Source: Gammaproteobacteria bacterium (GTDB lineage Bacteria > Pseudomonadota > Gammaproteobacteria > Steroidobacterales > Steroidobacteraceae). Taken from it: a stretch of DNA of 64,000 nt. This document shows, piece by piece, positions 1 through 10,711 of the stretch. Numbering within the stretch: position 1 is the stretch's first letter; each line of letters starts with the position of its first letter. The stretch spans positions 54,371-118,370 of the forward strand of contig JABCZO010000005.1 of assembly GCA_013289615.1 (NCBI GenBank). The letters run 5' to 3'. The position numbers and the translations under genes are program-made. A model generated the notes under the pieces. That model did not search any database. It saw nothing but the letters and a program-made list of their open reading frames with translations, and was not told where the DNA came from.

Positions 1-8
1 GCCATGCG

Positions 9-413
9 GTGACGCTGCTCGAGGCGCGCACCTATTCCCCGGCAGCGCCCGGTGCGCAGGCGCAGTCCCTGTGCGGCTATTTTTCTTTCCTCAGCCTGCC
101 GCAGTCGGACTTTGAGGCCGCACGCGAATTCTGGGAGCGCGGCGGCTTTGTGGCTTTAGGCGAGGAGGCTGCCCCGTTTGCGCATCTGCCGCTGACCAGC
201 GATCACCTCGATCTGGGTTTTCATCAGCGCCGCACTTTCGAGGCGCCGCTACTGGTGTTCGAATGCGCCGACGTCGCAGCCAGCATCGCGCGCTTGCACG
301 CGCTCGGAGTATCGCTGTCGTCGCAGCCGGTACGCGGCCTCGGCCGCGAGCGCCATGCCCTTATCGAGGCCCCAGAAGGCACCGCGCTGCTGCTGGTGCA
401 GGCGATCGGTTGA
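9..413 (+). CDS. VOC/glyoxalase-like domain protein (possibly 5'-truncated by the window edge)
   Basis: The 134-aa ORF has the size and alternating hydrophobic/acidic pattern of a glyoxalase/bleomycin-resistance fold and ends ...HALIEAPEGTALLLVQAIG. The frame is open back to position 3, so the real start may lie outside the window. Confidence 0.5.
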   Translation: MTLLEARTYSPAAPGAQAQSLCGYFSFLSLPQSDFEAAREFWERGGFVALGEEAAPFAHLPLTSDHLDLGFHQRRTFEAPLLVFECADVAASIARLHALGVSLSSQPVRGLGRERHALIEAPEGTALLLVQAIG

Positions 414-421
414 CGCCGGCG

Positions 422-1141
422 TTAGCGCGGCGCATCGCTCTCGCGCTGCGCCACCAGCCGATAACGCACGTGCATGCGCTCGGCGACGCGCAGCGCGCCG
501 AGCGCGACGCTATAGGGCGTGAGGCCCAACTGCGCATGCGTCAGGTCGAATTCGCCGCTGGCGATCAACTCGTCCGGCGAGCGTTGCAGCGCCAGCGGCA
601 GTTCCACCTGCGCGCTGTGGTCGCGCACGACGATATGGGCGCTCAGGCGCAGGCCCTCGGCCTCGCCGCTGATCTGCTCCGATTGCAGGTGTATCACCGG
701 GAAGCGGACCGCATCCAGCAGCATCGGGCCGAGCATGTGATCGCGGGTCCCCGCCGTGGCGACATCGTCGAGCCTGGTCTGAAAGTCCGGGCCCTGCGCC
801 GCACGCAGCTGCGGCTCGTCAACGCTCAGCGAACCGACCGGAAAATCCAGTTGCCAGCTGCTTTGCGTGAGATCCGTCGCCACGACGACCTCGCCGGACA
901 GATCGCGCACTGCCAGCACGTGATTGTGTCCGAGCGACGCCATGCGACCGTCGCGATAGACCAGAATCAACACCTCGGAACGGGCGGAGTCGATGCGGTA
1001 GCGCGCCGCGCCGGCCGATGCAGCGGGCGCGCTCACCGGTGCCGGCGGCGGCGCCCGCGGGCGCAGGCCCGGCTCGCTGTGGCAGGCACCCAGGCACAGG
1101 GCTGCCACCATGAGTGTCACGCCAGGCGCAGGGCGCGTCAT
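422..1141 (-). CDS. YceI-like periplasmic lipoprotein
   Basis: The internal ATG at 1141 gives MTRPAPGVTLMVAALCLGAC, a signal peptide with a lipobox. The mature part (YRIDSARSEV...LGHNHV...FPVIHL...) resembles the YceI family. The upstream part of the 347-aa track ORF looks like GC-rich read-through. Confidence 0.7.
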   Translation of the reverse strand: MTRPAPGVTLMVAALCLGACHSEPGLRPRAPPPAPVSAPAASAGAARYRIDSARSEVLILVYRDGRMASLGHNHVLAVRDLSGEVVVATDLTQSSWQLDFPVGSLSVDEPQLRAAQGPDFQTRLDDVATAGTRDHMLGPMLLDAVRFPVIHLQSEQISGEAEGLRLSAHIVVRDHSAQVELPLALQRSPDELIASGEFDLTHAQLGLTPYSVALGALRVAERMHVRYRLVAQRESDAPR

Positions 1142-1322
1142 CGCCGCTCGCGCCGCGCGGCCGGGCGCCACTGCAACTGGTAGCTGCAACCGGCTATATG
1201 CGACCATAGGTCCATGCGTACAAACCGGGCGGCCGCTTGAGCGCCCGCGACGCATTAAAATAGGTGTCAGGCTTTCTCTCCAACCCAACTGGCCGGATCG
1301 CAAGGCCGCGGAGGATGAATCG

Positions 1323-1658
1323 ATGAGCGAACCCATTTCCCATTCCCGTCGCGATGCCCTGAAGCAGTTCATGCTGCTGTGTGGCGCCGCCGGCGCCCTG
1401 CAGGTGACTCGATCGGCACAAGCGGCCGATGCGCCGCATCTTGCGCCCGCTGATCCGACCGCCACGGCGCTGGCGTATCACGAGGACGCCAAGACCGTAG
1501 ACGCCAAGCAGTTCCCTACCTATCAGCCCGGTCAGATGTGCAGCACCTGCCTGCAGCTTCAGGGCAAGGAGGGCGACGCCTATCGCCCATGCAATATCTT
1601 CGCCGGCAAGCTGGTGAATGCCAACGGCTGGTGCAAGGTGTGGGTGAAGAAAGCCTGA
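1323..1658 (+). CDS. High-potential iron-sulfur protein (HiPIP), Tat-exported
   Basis: The product is 111 aa from ATG 1323. It has a twin-arginine signal (SRRDALKQF) and the Cys pattern C-x2-C-x13-C-x13-C (CSTC...PC...WC) near the C-terminus, as in HiPIPs. Confidence 0.85.
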   Translation: MSEPISHSRRDALKQFMLLCGAAGALQVTRSAQAADAPHLAPADPTATALAYHEDAKTVDAKQFPTYQPGQMCSTCLQLQGKEGDAYRPCNIFAGKLVNANGWCKVWVKKA

Positions 1659-1680
1659 ACGGCGGGGAAGCGCCGCCAGC

Positions 1681-2589
1681 TCAGGCGGCACGGGTCACGC
1701 AAGCCAGCCGCTCGGCCTGACGGCGCAACGCCGTGCCGAAGCCATGGGTGTCGCAAAAGGCGGCGACGCGTTCCAGATTCGGAGCGCGTCGCTGCAGATC
1801 AACGGCACAGATCCCCGGCATCACCGCATCGATCGGCGCATTGCAGACGATGCGCGTGAGCGAGCGCGCCAGGTAGGCCGCCTCGCGGTGCAGCCGCAGT
1901 CGCTGCGGCAGCCCGGCCGCACCGCGCAGCGGCAGCTCGAGCACCGCGTCGAGCCCTTCGAACAGCTCATCGAGCGAGGCAAACAGCCCCATCAGTGCGG
2001 CCGCGGTCTTGGGACCGACCCCAGGCACCCCCGGCACGTTGTCTACGCTGTCGCCGCGCAATGCCTGGTAGTCGGCCATGCGCTCGGGCGCCACGCCGAA
2101 ACGCGCCGCGATCTGTTCGTAGCGGTATTCGGCCGCATCGCTGTAATCCCAGAACACGTCCCCCGGTGCGATCAGCTGTGCCAGGTCCTTGTCGCGCGAT
2201 ACCACGGTGACGGGCAAGCCATCGTCACGACAACGCTGCGCCAGCGTACCGATCAGATCATCGGCCTCGTAGGCGGTGCTGGCGAATTCGGCAATTCCAA
2301 GGTGCCGGCAGAATTCGCGGCACAGGGTGAACTGGCGTCTGAGCGCCTCGGGCGCCGCTTCGCGATTGGCCTTGTACGGCGGATACAGTTTGTGGCGAAA
2401 GCCGCTGCCGTGGCTCTCGTCGAAAGCCACCGCGACATAGCGCGGTTGGCGTCGCTCGATCAGATCGCTCAGGAAGCGCGCGAATCCATACAGCGCTTGC
2501 GTCGGATTACCGTCGCGATCGACGATGTCGGGCGGCAGCGAATGCCAGGCGCGGAACACATAGACTGAGGCATCGATCAGGTAGACCAC
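1681..2589 (-). CDS. 5'-3' exonuclease / flap endonuclease (PolI N-terminal domain family)
   Basis: It has a PIN-like N-terminus (YLIDASVYVFRA), acidic clusters (AFDES, YEADD, SRDKDL) and the H3TH motif DNVPGVPGVGPKTA. Confidence 0.85.
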   Translation of the reverse strand: MVYLIDASVYVFRAWHSLPPDIVDRDGNPTQALYGFARFLSDLIERRQPRYVAVAFDESHGSGFRHKLYPPYKANREAAPEALRRQFTLCREFCRHLGIAEFASTAYEADDLIGTLAQRCRDDGLPVTVVSRDKDLAQLIAPGDVFWDYSDAAEYRYEQIAARFGVAPERMADYQALRGDSVDNVPGVPGVGPKTAAALMGLFASLDELFEGLDAVLELPLRGAAGLPQRLRLHREAAYLARSLTRIVCNAPIDAVMPGICAVDLQRRAPNLERVAAFCDTHGFGTALRRQAERLACVTRAA

Positions 2590-2626
2590 TTAACTTCAGT
2601 CCGCACGCGGCTTTAAGGTCAGCGCT

Positions 2627-3289
2627 CTAGCTGAGCCAACGGGCAATGCGATCGTGCAGCGGGCTGTGGCGCGGGAAATGCGCCAGCAGGTATTCCATCT
2701 GGTCGGTAAGTACGCGCCGGCCCTTGAGAAAGATGTATTCGGCATAGGTCGGCGTGAATGGTACCGCGATCAACTGCATCTTGGCCTGCTCGGGTGTGCG
2801 CCAGGCCTTTTCATTGTTGCAGCGACGGCAAGCCGCCACCACATTCGTCCACACGTCGTGGCCGCCCTGGCTGAACGGCCGCACGTGATCGCGTGACAGT
2901 TCGCGGCTCGGAAAACGACCTGCGCAGTACATGCACAGGAAAGCGTCGCGCCGGAACAGGGTCTCGTTGTTCAGAGGCGGCACATAGTCGTGGCGCGTAT
3001 TGCCGGGATTGCCGGTGTGGCCGACGGTCGCGATGATGGAGCTGACGTCCAGCACCGTGCGCCGGCCGCTGAGCGCGTTTACCCCGCCGTACAGCCGGTA
3101 CAGCAGCGAGCCACAGGTATAGGCAATCTGCTCCTGGTGATACAGCCGTGCCGCCTCGCGGTAGTCGATCCATTCGAGCGGCATGCCGGCCATATCGGTG
3201 CGCAGCACCATCTGCGATAGCGCATGCATCGCGGCATGCGGCACCAGCAAGCTCAGGTCGGACTCGGCAAGTACGATAGCGGCACTCAT
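2627..3289 (-). CDS. HNH endonuclease family protein
   Basis: The C-terminal half carries CMYCAG...DHVRPFSQGGHDVWTNVVAACRRCNNEKA, an HNH core with a Cys4 zinc motif. The gene lies 37 bp upstream of the exonuclease gene on the same strand. Confidence 0.8.
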   Translation of the reverse strand: MSAAIVLAESDLSLLVPHAAMHALSQMVLRTDMAGMPLEWIDYREAARLYHQEQIAYTCGSLLYRLYGGVNALSGRRTVLDVSSIIATVGHTGNPGNTRHDYVPPLNNETLFRRDAFLCMYCAGRFPSRELSRDHVRPFSQGGHDVWTNVVAACRRCNNEKAWRTPEQAKMQLIAVPFTPTYAEYIFLKGRRVLTDQMEYLLAHFPRHSPLHDRIARWLS

Positions 3290-3406
3290 GATCTGTAAGA
3301 TACGGCAGGATTGTGCGAGAATTCAACGATTAAGGCTATTATCGTGCGTGCTGTCCAGCGCGTGCATCAGGCCCCGTAGAGCGGCAGCCACTGTAGGGAG
3401 AACAAT

Positions 3407-4537
3407 ATGCCAGTCACAATCGGCGCGCTTCGAGAGCGCGCGCCGGGAGAAACGCGCGTCAGCCTGGTTCCCGAGATCGCCGACAAATTGGCCGCGCTTG
3501 GGGCGCGGGTGCTACTGGAGCGCGGCGCCGGGGTCAGCGCCCAGTTCCCCGACGCGCTCTACAAGAAGGTCGAATGGGCCGACAGCGCCGAGGCGGTGCT
3601 CGCGGCGGCCGACGTGCTGCTGACGGTGCAGCCGTTGAGCATCGCGCAGATCCAGGGGCTCAAAGCCGGCGCGCTGGTAATCGGCTTCATGCAGGCGCAC
3701 GCGCAGCCGGACATGGTGCGCGCGCTGGTCGAGCACCAGATCACCGGCTTTGCGATGGAACTGGTGCCGCGCATATCGCGCGCACAGTCGATGGACGCAC
3801 TGTCGTCGCAGGCCGCGATCGGCGGCTACAAGGCTGCGTTGATTGCCGCCAACACGCTCGATCGTTTCCTGCCGATGCTGACCACGGCGGCCGGCACGAT
3901 CCGGCCCGCGACCGTGCTGATCATCGGTGTCGGGGTCGCCGGCCTGCAGGCGATCGCCACCGCCAAGCGGCTGGGCGCCGTGGTCGAGGCCTACGACGTG
4001 CGCAGCGCCACCAGAGAACAGGTGAAGTCGCTCGGCGCCAAGTTCGTCGAGACCGGCGTCTCGGCCGAAGGCACCGGCGGCTATGCGCGCGAGCTCACGG
4101 AAGAGGAAAAGGCCAAGCAGCAGGAGGTGCTCGAAGCGCGTATCGCCCTCGCCGACGCGGTGATTTCGACCGCCGCGATACCGGGGCGGCGCGCGCCGCG
4201 CATCATCTCGCGCGCCGCGGTCGAGCGCATGAAGGCCGGGGCGGTAATCGTCGACATGGCGGCCGAATCCGGCGGCAACTGTGAACTCACCCAGGCCGGA
4301 CAGACCATCGTACATCAGGGGGTGAAGATCGTCGGCCCGGTGAATCTGCCTGCGCAGCTCGCCTTTCATGCCAGCGAAATGTATTCCCGCAATCTTTACA
4401 ATTTCCTCAAGCCGGCGCTCGGCAAGGACGCTGCGCTCGCCGTCGACTGGCAGGACGAAGTGTTCGCGCAGTCGTGCCTGACGCACGCGGGCGCCATCAA
4501 ACACGAACCGACGCGCAAGCTGGTGGAGGCAACATGA
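3407..4537 (+). CDS. pntAA: NAD(P) transhydrogenase subunit alpha, part 1
   Basis: It has an alanine-dehydrogenase/PNT-like N-terminus (MPVTIGALRERAPGETRVSLVPE) and the Rossmann motif VLIIGVGVAGLQA. GGGAGA lies about 6 nt upstream of the ATG. Confidence 0.9.
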   Translation: MPVTIGALRERAPGETRVSLVPEIADKLAALGARVLLERGAGVSAQFPDALYKKVEWADSAEAVLAAADVLLTVQPLSIAQIQGLKAGALVIGFMQAHAQPDMVRALVEHQITGFAMELVPRISRAQSMDALSSQAAIGGYKAALIAANTLDRFLPMLTTAAGTIRPATVLIIGVGVAGLQAIATAKRLGAVVEAYDVRSATREQVKSLGAKFVETGVSAEGTGGYARELTEEEKAKQQEVLEARIALADAVISTAAIPGRRAPRIISRAAVERMKAGAVIVDMAAESGGNCELTQAGQTIVHQGVKIVGPVNLPAQLAFHASEMYSRNLYNFLKPALGKDAALAVDWQDEVFAQSCLTHAGAIKHEPTRKLVEAT

Positions 4538-4896
4538 CCGGGGTCGTCGCGCTGTATATTTTCATGCTGGCCGCGTTCACCGGCTACGAGGTGATCGCGA
4601 AAGTGCCGGTGATCCTGCATACGCCGTTGATGTCGGGCTCGAACTTCGTGCACGGCATCGTGCTGGTCGGCGCCATGGTGGCACTCGGCAGCGCCACCAC
4701 GCCGCTCGAGAAGAGCATCGGCTTCATCGGCGTGCTGCTCGCCGCCGGCAACGCGGTCGGCGGCTACGCGGTCACCGAACGCATGCTGGAGATGTTCAAA
4801 TCGAGCGGTGCCAGGGGCGGCAAGGGCAGCAAGGGCGGCAAGGGCGGTAAGGACGGCCAGGACGGCCAGGGCGGCGCAGCCAAGGGGTCGCCGTGA
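4534..4896 (+). CDS. pntAB: NAD(P) transhydrogenase subunit alpha, part 2 (membrane), with a Gly/Lys-rich tail
   Basis: ATG 4534 overlaps the pntAA stop (ATGA). The protein has hydrophobic helices (MTGVVALYIFMLAAFTGYEVI...) followed by an atypical C-terminal GGKGSKGGKGGKDGQDGQGG tail. Confidence 0.85.
   Translation: MTGVVALYIFMLAAFTGYEVIAKVPVILHTPLMSGSNFVHGIVLVGAMVALGSATTPLEKSIGFIGVLLAAGNAVGGYAVTERMLEMFKSSGARGGKGSKGGKGGKDGQDGQGGAAKGSP
4816..4875 (+). repeat. Imperfect 9-nt tandem repeats (ggcggcaag / gacggccag units) encoding the PntAB tail
   Basis: Read directly: ggc ggc aag ggc agc aag ggc ggc aag ggc ggt aag gac ggc cag gac ggc cag ggc ggc. Confidence 0.8.
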
Positions 4897-6287
4897 TGAC
4901 CGACCTTCACTTCAGCGCCGAAGCGCTGATTCAGGCGAGCTACCTGCTTACCGCGTTCCTGTTCATCATGGGACTGAAGCGCATGAGTTCGCCGGTCACG
5001 GCGCGCAGCGGCATCCTGTGGGCCGGCGCCGGCATGCTGGTGGCGACGCTGGCGACCTTCTTCTACCCCGGCATGACCAACTTCCCGCTGATCATCATCG
5101 CCGTGCTGATCGGCTCGGCGGTGGCCTGGATCAGTGGCCGGCGCGTCGCGATGACCAACATCCCACAGATGATCGCGCTCTATAACGGCATGGGCGGCGG
5201 TGCCGCGGCGGCGATCGCCGCGGTCGAACTGTATCGCGGCGAGCAGCAGAGCACCGCGGGGGCCACGCTCGCCGTGGTCGGCGGCATCATCGGCGCGGTG
5301 TCCTTCAGCGGCAGCCTGATCGCCTTCGGCAAGCTGCAGGGCCTGATCCGCAAATCGCTGCGCTTTGGCGGCCAGCAGCTGCTGAACCTGCTGATTCTCG
5401 CGGCCGCGCTGCTGCTCGGCGGGCTGGTGGCCTCCGGATTCAACGTGACCCCGGCGGCTGTCACCGGCCTGTTCGCCGCGTCGCTGCTGCTCGGACTGTC
5501 GATGACACTGCCGATCGGCGGCGCCGATATGCCGGTGGTGATCTCGCTCTACAACGCACTGACCGGCCTGGCGGTCGCGTTCGAAGGCTTCGTGCTCGGC
5601 AACGCCGCGATGATCATCGCCGGCACCGTGGTCGGATCGGCCGGCACGCTGCTGACGCAGTTGATGGCAAAGGCGATGAACCGCTCGCTCGGCAATGTGC
5701 TGTTTTCGGGCTTTGGCGACACCGCAGCTGCCGCGACCGGCACCGCCGTTACCGGCAGCCTCAAACCGATCGAAGCGGCCGATGCCGGCGTCATGATGGC
5801 GTTCGCGCAGAAAGTGATCATCGTGCCCGGCTACGGCATGGCGGTGGCACAGGCGCAGCACAAGGTGTGGGAGCTGTGCCAGCTGCTGATCGATCGCGGC
5901 GTGACGGTACGCTTCGCGATCCATCCGGTCGCCGGCCGCATGCCCGGCCACATGAACGTGCTGCTCGCCGAGGCCGGCGTGCCGTACGACCTGATCGCCG
6001 ACCTCGACGAGATCAATGCCGAGTTCGAGACCGCCGACGTGGCACTAATCATCGGCGCCAACGATGTCGTCAACCCGGTGGCCCGTAATGACAAGTCCAG
6101 CCCGATCTACGGCATGCCGATTCTGAACGCCGACAAGGCCAAGAACGTCATCGTGATCAAACGCGGTCAGGGTGCCGGCTTCTCCGGCATCGAGAATGCG
6201 CTGTTCTATCTCGACAATACCCGCATGCTGTACGGCGACGGCCAGGCCGCCGCCGCGGCGCTGATCAGCGCGGTCAAGTCGGTCTGA
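4893..6287 (+). CDS. pntB: NAD(P) transhydrogenase subunit beta
   Basis: The start (GTG 4893 or ATG 4896) overlaps the pntAB stop. The protein has a polytopic N-terminus and a C-terminal NADP(H) domain with VIIVPGYGMAVAQAQH and GANDVVNP. Confidence 0.92.
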   Translation: MMTDLHFSAEALIQASYLLTAFLFIMGLKRMSSPVTARSGILWAGAGMLVATLATFFYPGMTNFPLIIIAVLIGSAVAWISGRRVAMTNIPQMIALYNGMGGGAAAAIAAVELYRGEQQSTAGATLAVVGGIIGAVSFSGSLIAFGKLQGLIRKSLRFGGQQLLNLLILAAALLLGGLVASGFNVTPAAVTGLFAASLLLGLSMTLPIGGADMPVVISLYNALTGLAVAFEGFVLGNAAMIIAGTVVGSAGTLLTQLMAKAMNRSLGNVLFSGFGDTAAAATGTAVTGSLKPIEAADAGVMMAFAQKVIIVPGYGMAVAQAQHKVWELCQLLIDRGVTVRFAIHPVAGRMPGHMNVLLAEAGVPYDLIADLDEINAEFETADVALIIGANDVVNPVARNDKSSPIYGMPILNADKAKNVIVIKRGQGAGFSGIENALFYLDNTRMLYGDGQAAAAALISAVKSV

Positions 6288-6791
6288 TCAGCGGCTGTGC
6301 TGCTGGCGGCGCTCGCGCTGGCGCTGCAGCATCTGTTGCCGCTGCTGCGGCGTCGCGTGTACCCAGCGCTCGCGCAGCTGTGCCCGCTGCTGCGGCGGCA
6401 GGTGCGAGAAGTAACGGAAGTTCTGCCGCACCGCCCGCTGCTGTTCGGGCGGCAAACTCTGAAAGCGCTGCCAGCGCTGTCGGATCAATGCCCGCTGCTC
6501 CGGCGGCAGCCGCTGCCAGGTCTGGAACCGCTCACGCGCGTCGCTGCGCTGCTCGGGTGTCATCGACAACCAGCGCGATGCGCCGCGCGTCAGCGCCTGC
6601 TGGCGCTGCGGCGACAGGCTGCCCCACTCGCCCTGGAAGTGTCCGAGCAGCTGTTGTTGCGGTGCCGGGATCGACTCCCAGGGCACGGCGGCCGGTGGCG
6701 CGCCAGCAGATGGCGGCTCGGCCTGTTGCGCCCAGCCCGGGGCCGCCGCTGCCAGCAGCAGCACCGCCAGTAGCGTGCAGATCCGGCTCAT
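6288..6791 (-). CDS. DUF3106-like periplasmic protein with a QR-rich repeat
   Basis: It has a signal peptide (MSRICTLLAVLLLAAAAPGWA) followed by repeated PEQR/QRxxxRxRW motifs. It is the last gene of the ECF sigma operon, and its ATG overlaps the upstream stop (ATGA). Confidence 0.75.
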   Translation of the reverse strand: MSRICTLLAVLLLAAAAPGWAQQAEPPSAGAPPAAVPWESIPAPQQQLLGHFQGEWGSLSPQRQQALTRGASRWLSMTPEQRSDARERFQTWQRLPPEQRALIRQRWQRFQSLPPEQQRAVRQNFRYFSHLPPQQRAQLRERWVHATPQQRQQMLQRQRERRQQHSR

Positions 6792-7081
6792 GGGTGGCTC
6801 ACCGGCGACGATGCGCCCGTCGCGGGCGGGTCGCTCGGCGCCGCAGCGCCGCTAGTGGGCGGGGGCACGGGAGGCTTGGACGGCTGCCCATTGCCGGCGC
6901 GCCGGGCGACCTGGTCGATGTCGGTGCGGGCGAGGTATTCATCCCAGCCCTTGTCCTCCGAATCGACCGAACCCAGGAATTCCAGCAGGCCATCGTCGAC
7001 CGGACCGTCGGCCGCATACACGGTGCGCAGCAGGCCGAGGCTAGCGCAACCAACGATGAGCGCGTAGGCACGAAGCCTCAC
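6788..7081 (-). CDS. Small secreted hypothetical protein (acidic core, Pro-rich tail)
   Basis: The N-terminal signal is MRLRAYALIVGCASLGLLRTVYA|AD. GTG 7081 overlaps the upstream stop (GTGA), and its own stop overlaps the next ATG. Confidence 0.55.
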   Translation of the reverse strand: MRLRAYALIVGCASLGLLRTVYAADGPVDDGLLEFLGSVDSEDKGWDEYLARTDIDQVARRAGNGQPSKPPVPPPTSGAAAPSDPPATGASSPVSHP

Positions 7082-7482
7082 GACCCGACCGCGGACGCGC
7101 TGGCGCCGTCGGCTTCATTGGCTGCCCACTCATAGAAGTCATAGTCGATATCCTGATCGCCGTTGAGCGGTACCGCATCGTTGTCGGTCAGCAACTCCAT
7201 ATCTTCCAGTCCGGCATTGGCCACGGGATTCTCGGCCAAACCACGGCCGTGCGGCACATACAGGACCAGCAGCGCCAGCGCGGCGGCCACGGCGGCGCCG
7301 GCCGGCACCCAGCGGCGCGCAAATGACGGCGCGTGCGCTGATCGCGCCGCCACGGCCGCGTAGCGCGCCTGGGTCAGGCGCGAACGCACCGCACCTGGCA
7401 GCTGCTCGGCACTCTGCGTGAGCAACGCCCGGGCGCGCCGCTCGAATTCGCTGCTGCCATCTTCGACCGGATCGCCAGTCAT
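7078..7482 (-). CDS. DUF3619-like single-pass membrane protein (candidate anti-sigma factor)
   Basis: The internal ATG at 7482 overlaps the sigma gene stop (ATGA). The protein has one TM segment (WVPAGAAVAAALALLVLYV) and sits directly downstream of the ECF sigma gene. Confidence 0.65.
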   Translation of the reverse strand: MTGDPVEDGSSEFERRARALLTQSAEQLPGAVRSRLTQARYAAVAARSAHAPSFARRWVPAGAAVAAALALLVLYVPHGRGLAENPVANAGLEDMELLTDNDAVPLNGDQDIDYDFYEWAANEADGASASAVGS

Positions 7483-8099
7483 GTGCGGAACTCTCCAAGC
7501 TTGGCGCGCAATGCCTGTAGCGCGCGAAAATAATGCGTCTTGACGCTGCCCTGCGAGCACTTCATCGAGGCCGCGGTCTCGGCGACGTCCAAACCCTCAA
7601 AATTGCGCAGCAGAAATGCCTGTCGCTGGCGGGCGGGCAACCCGGCAATCGCCTGCTCGAGCGCCGCCATCGCCTCATCCGACTCCAGCTGCGCCGGCGG
7701 CAGTGGCGCCTTGTCTACCGCCTGGTCGATTGGATCGAGCGCATCCTCCTCATCCTCACCGCGCCAGGGCAGATAGGCCATCACGCGGTTGCGCACGCTG
7801 CGCCGGCGCTGCAGATCGCGGACGCGGTTCTCAAGGATGCGATAGAACAGCGGCCGCCATTCTTCAGGCGGCCGCGATGCATAGCGCGAACTCAGCTGCA
7901 TCATGGCGTCCTGCACCACGTCGAGCGCATCGGCTTCGTGACGCAGCGCGATCTGTGCGATCCTGAACGCCTTGTGCTCTACGCTCGCCAGGAACGTTTC
8001 AAGCGCGCGCGCGGCATCCTGGGTCGTATCACGCAAATGGGCCTTCCCGGGCGGGATCAGATCAGCCGTTTGAGAATCAAGACTAGCAAAGGCAGCCAT
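7479..8099 (-). CDS. ECF-type RNA polymerase sigma-70 family factor
   Basis: The region 2-like segment is VQDAMMQLSSRY...LFYRILENRVRDLQRR. The region 4 HTH is LPARQRQAFLLRNFEGLDVAETAASMKCSQGSVKTHYFRAL. The start was taken at ATG 8099 (MAAFASL...). The track ORF extends 15 codons further. Confidence 0.85.
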   Translation of the reverse strand: MAAFASLDSQTADLIPPGKAHLRDTTQDAARALETFLASVEHKAFRIAQIALRHEADALDVVQDAMMQLSSRYASRPPEEWRPLFYRILENRVRDLQRRRSVRNRVMAYLPWRGEDEEDALDPIDQAVDKAPLPPAQLESDEAMAALEQAIAGLPARQRQAFLLRNFEGLDVAETAASMKCSQGSVKTHYFRALQALRAKLGEFRT

Positions 8100-8390
8100 G
8101 CAACGGCATCCATCCTGTCGGGGACAGCCTACATAGGCGAACAACGGCCTGGAAACCGGTTTGGTTGACAGCAGGCCGGCCCCGGTCAGTGACGGTGGGA
8201 GGTTGCGAAATCATCCACTTGGCGCACAGAGAGCGGATTTACTCGAGATCTAGCCGTGGCAGGTTCCGGACCGGGCACCGCTGGGTCCGCGTAAACGATT
8301 GATAGGGGTGACTATCTTGAGTGGTTCAACATTTAGTCAAATCAACCGAAAGCTCTTCAGATCCCGCCAGCGCCGCTTCGCCACCGGCGG

Positions 8391-8411
8391 CTATCCACAG
8401 AATTATCCACA

Positions 8412-8425
<14 letters not shown>
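8391..8425. promoter_or_regulatory. Cluster of three DnaA-box-like 9-mers
   Basis: ctatccaca (8391-8399, 8/9 match) and ttatccaca (8403-8411, 9/9 match to TTATCCACA) are direct repeats. tgtggacaa (8417-8425) is ttgtccaca on the other strand (8/9). The cluster overlaps the priA GTG at 8412. Confidence 0.6.
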
Positions 8426-10661
<2,236 letters not shown>

Positions 10662-10711
10662 CCTGTGCGGTTAGACTCGCCGCCGCGATCTTCAAGTGAG
10701 GATGGGTTGAA

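Noticed and set aside
8257-8275. tggcaggttccggacc considered as a sigma54 (-24/-12) promoter in the sigma/priA intergenic region.
   Set aside because: The GG element is present, but there is no TTGC(A/T) at the required spacing.
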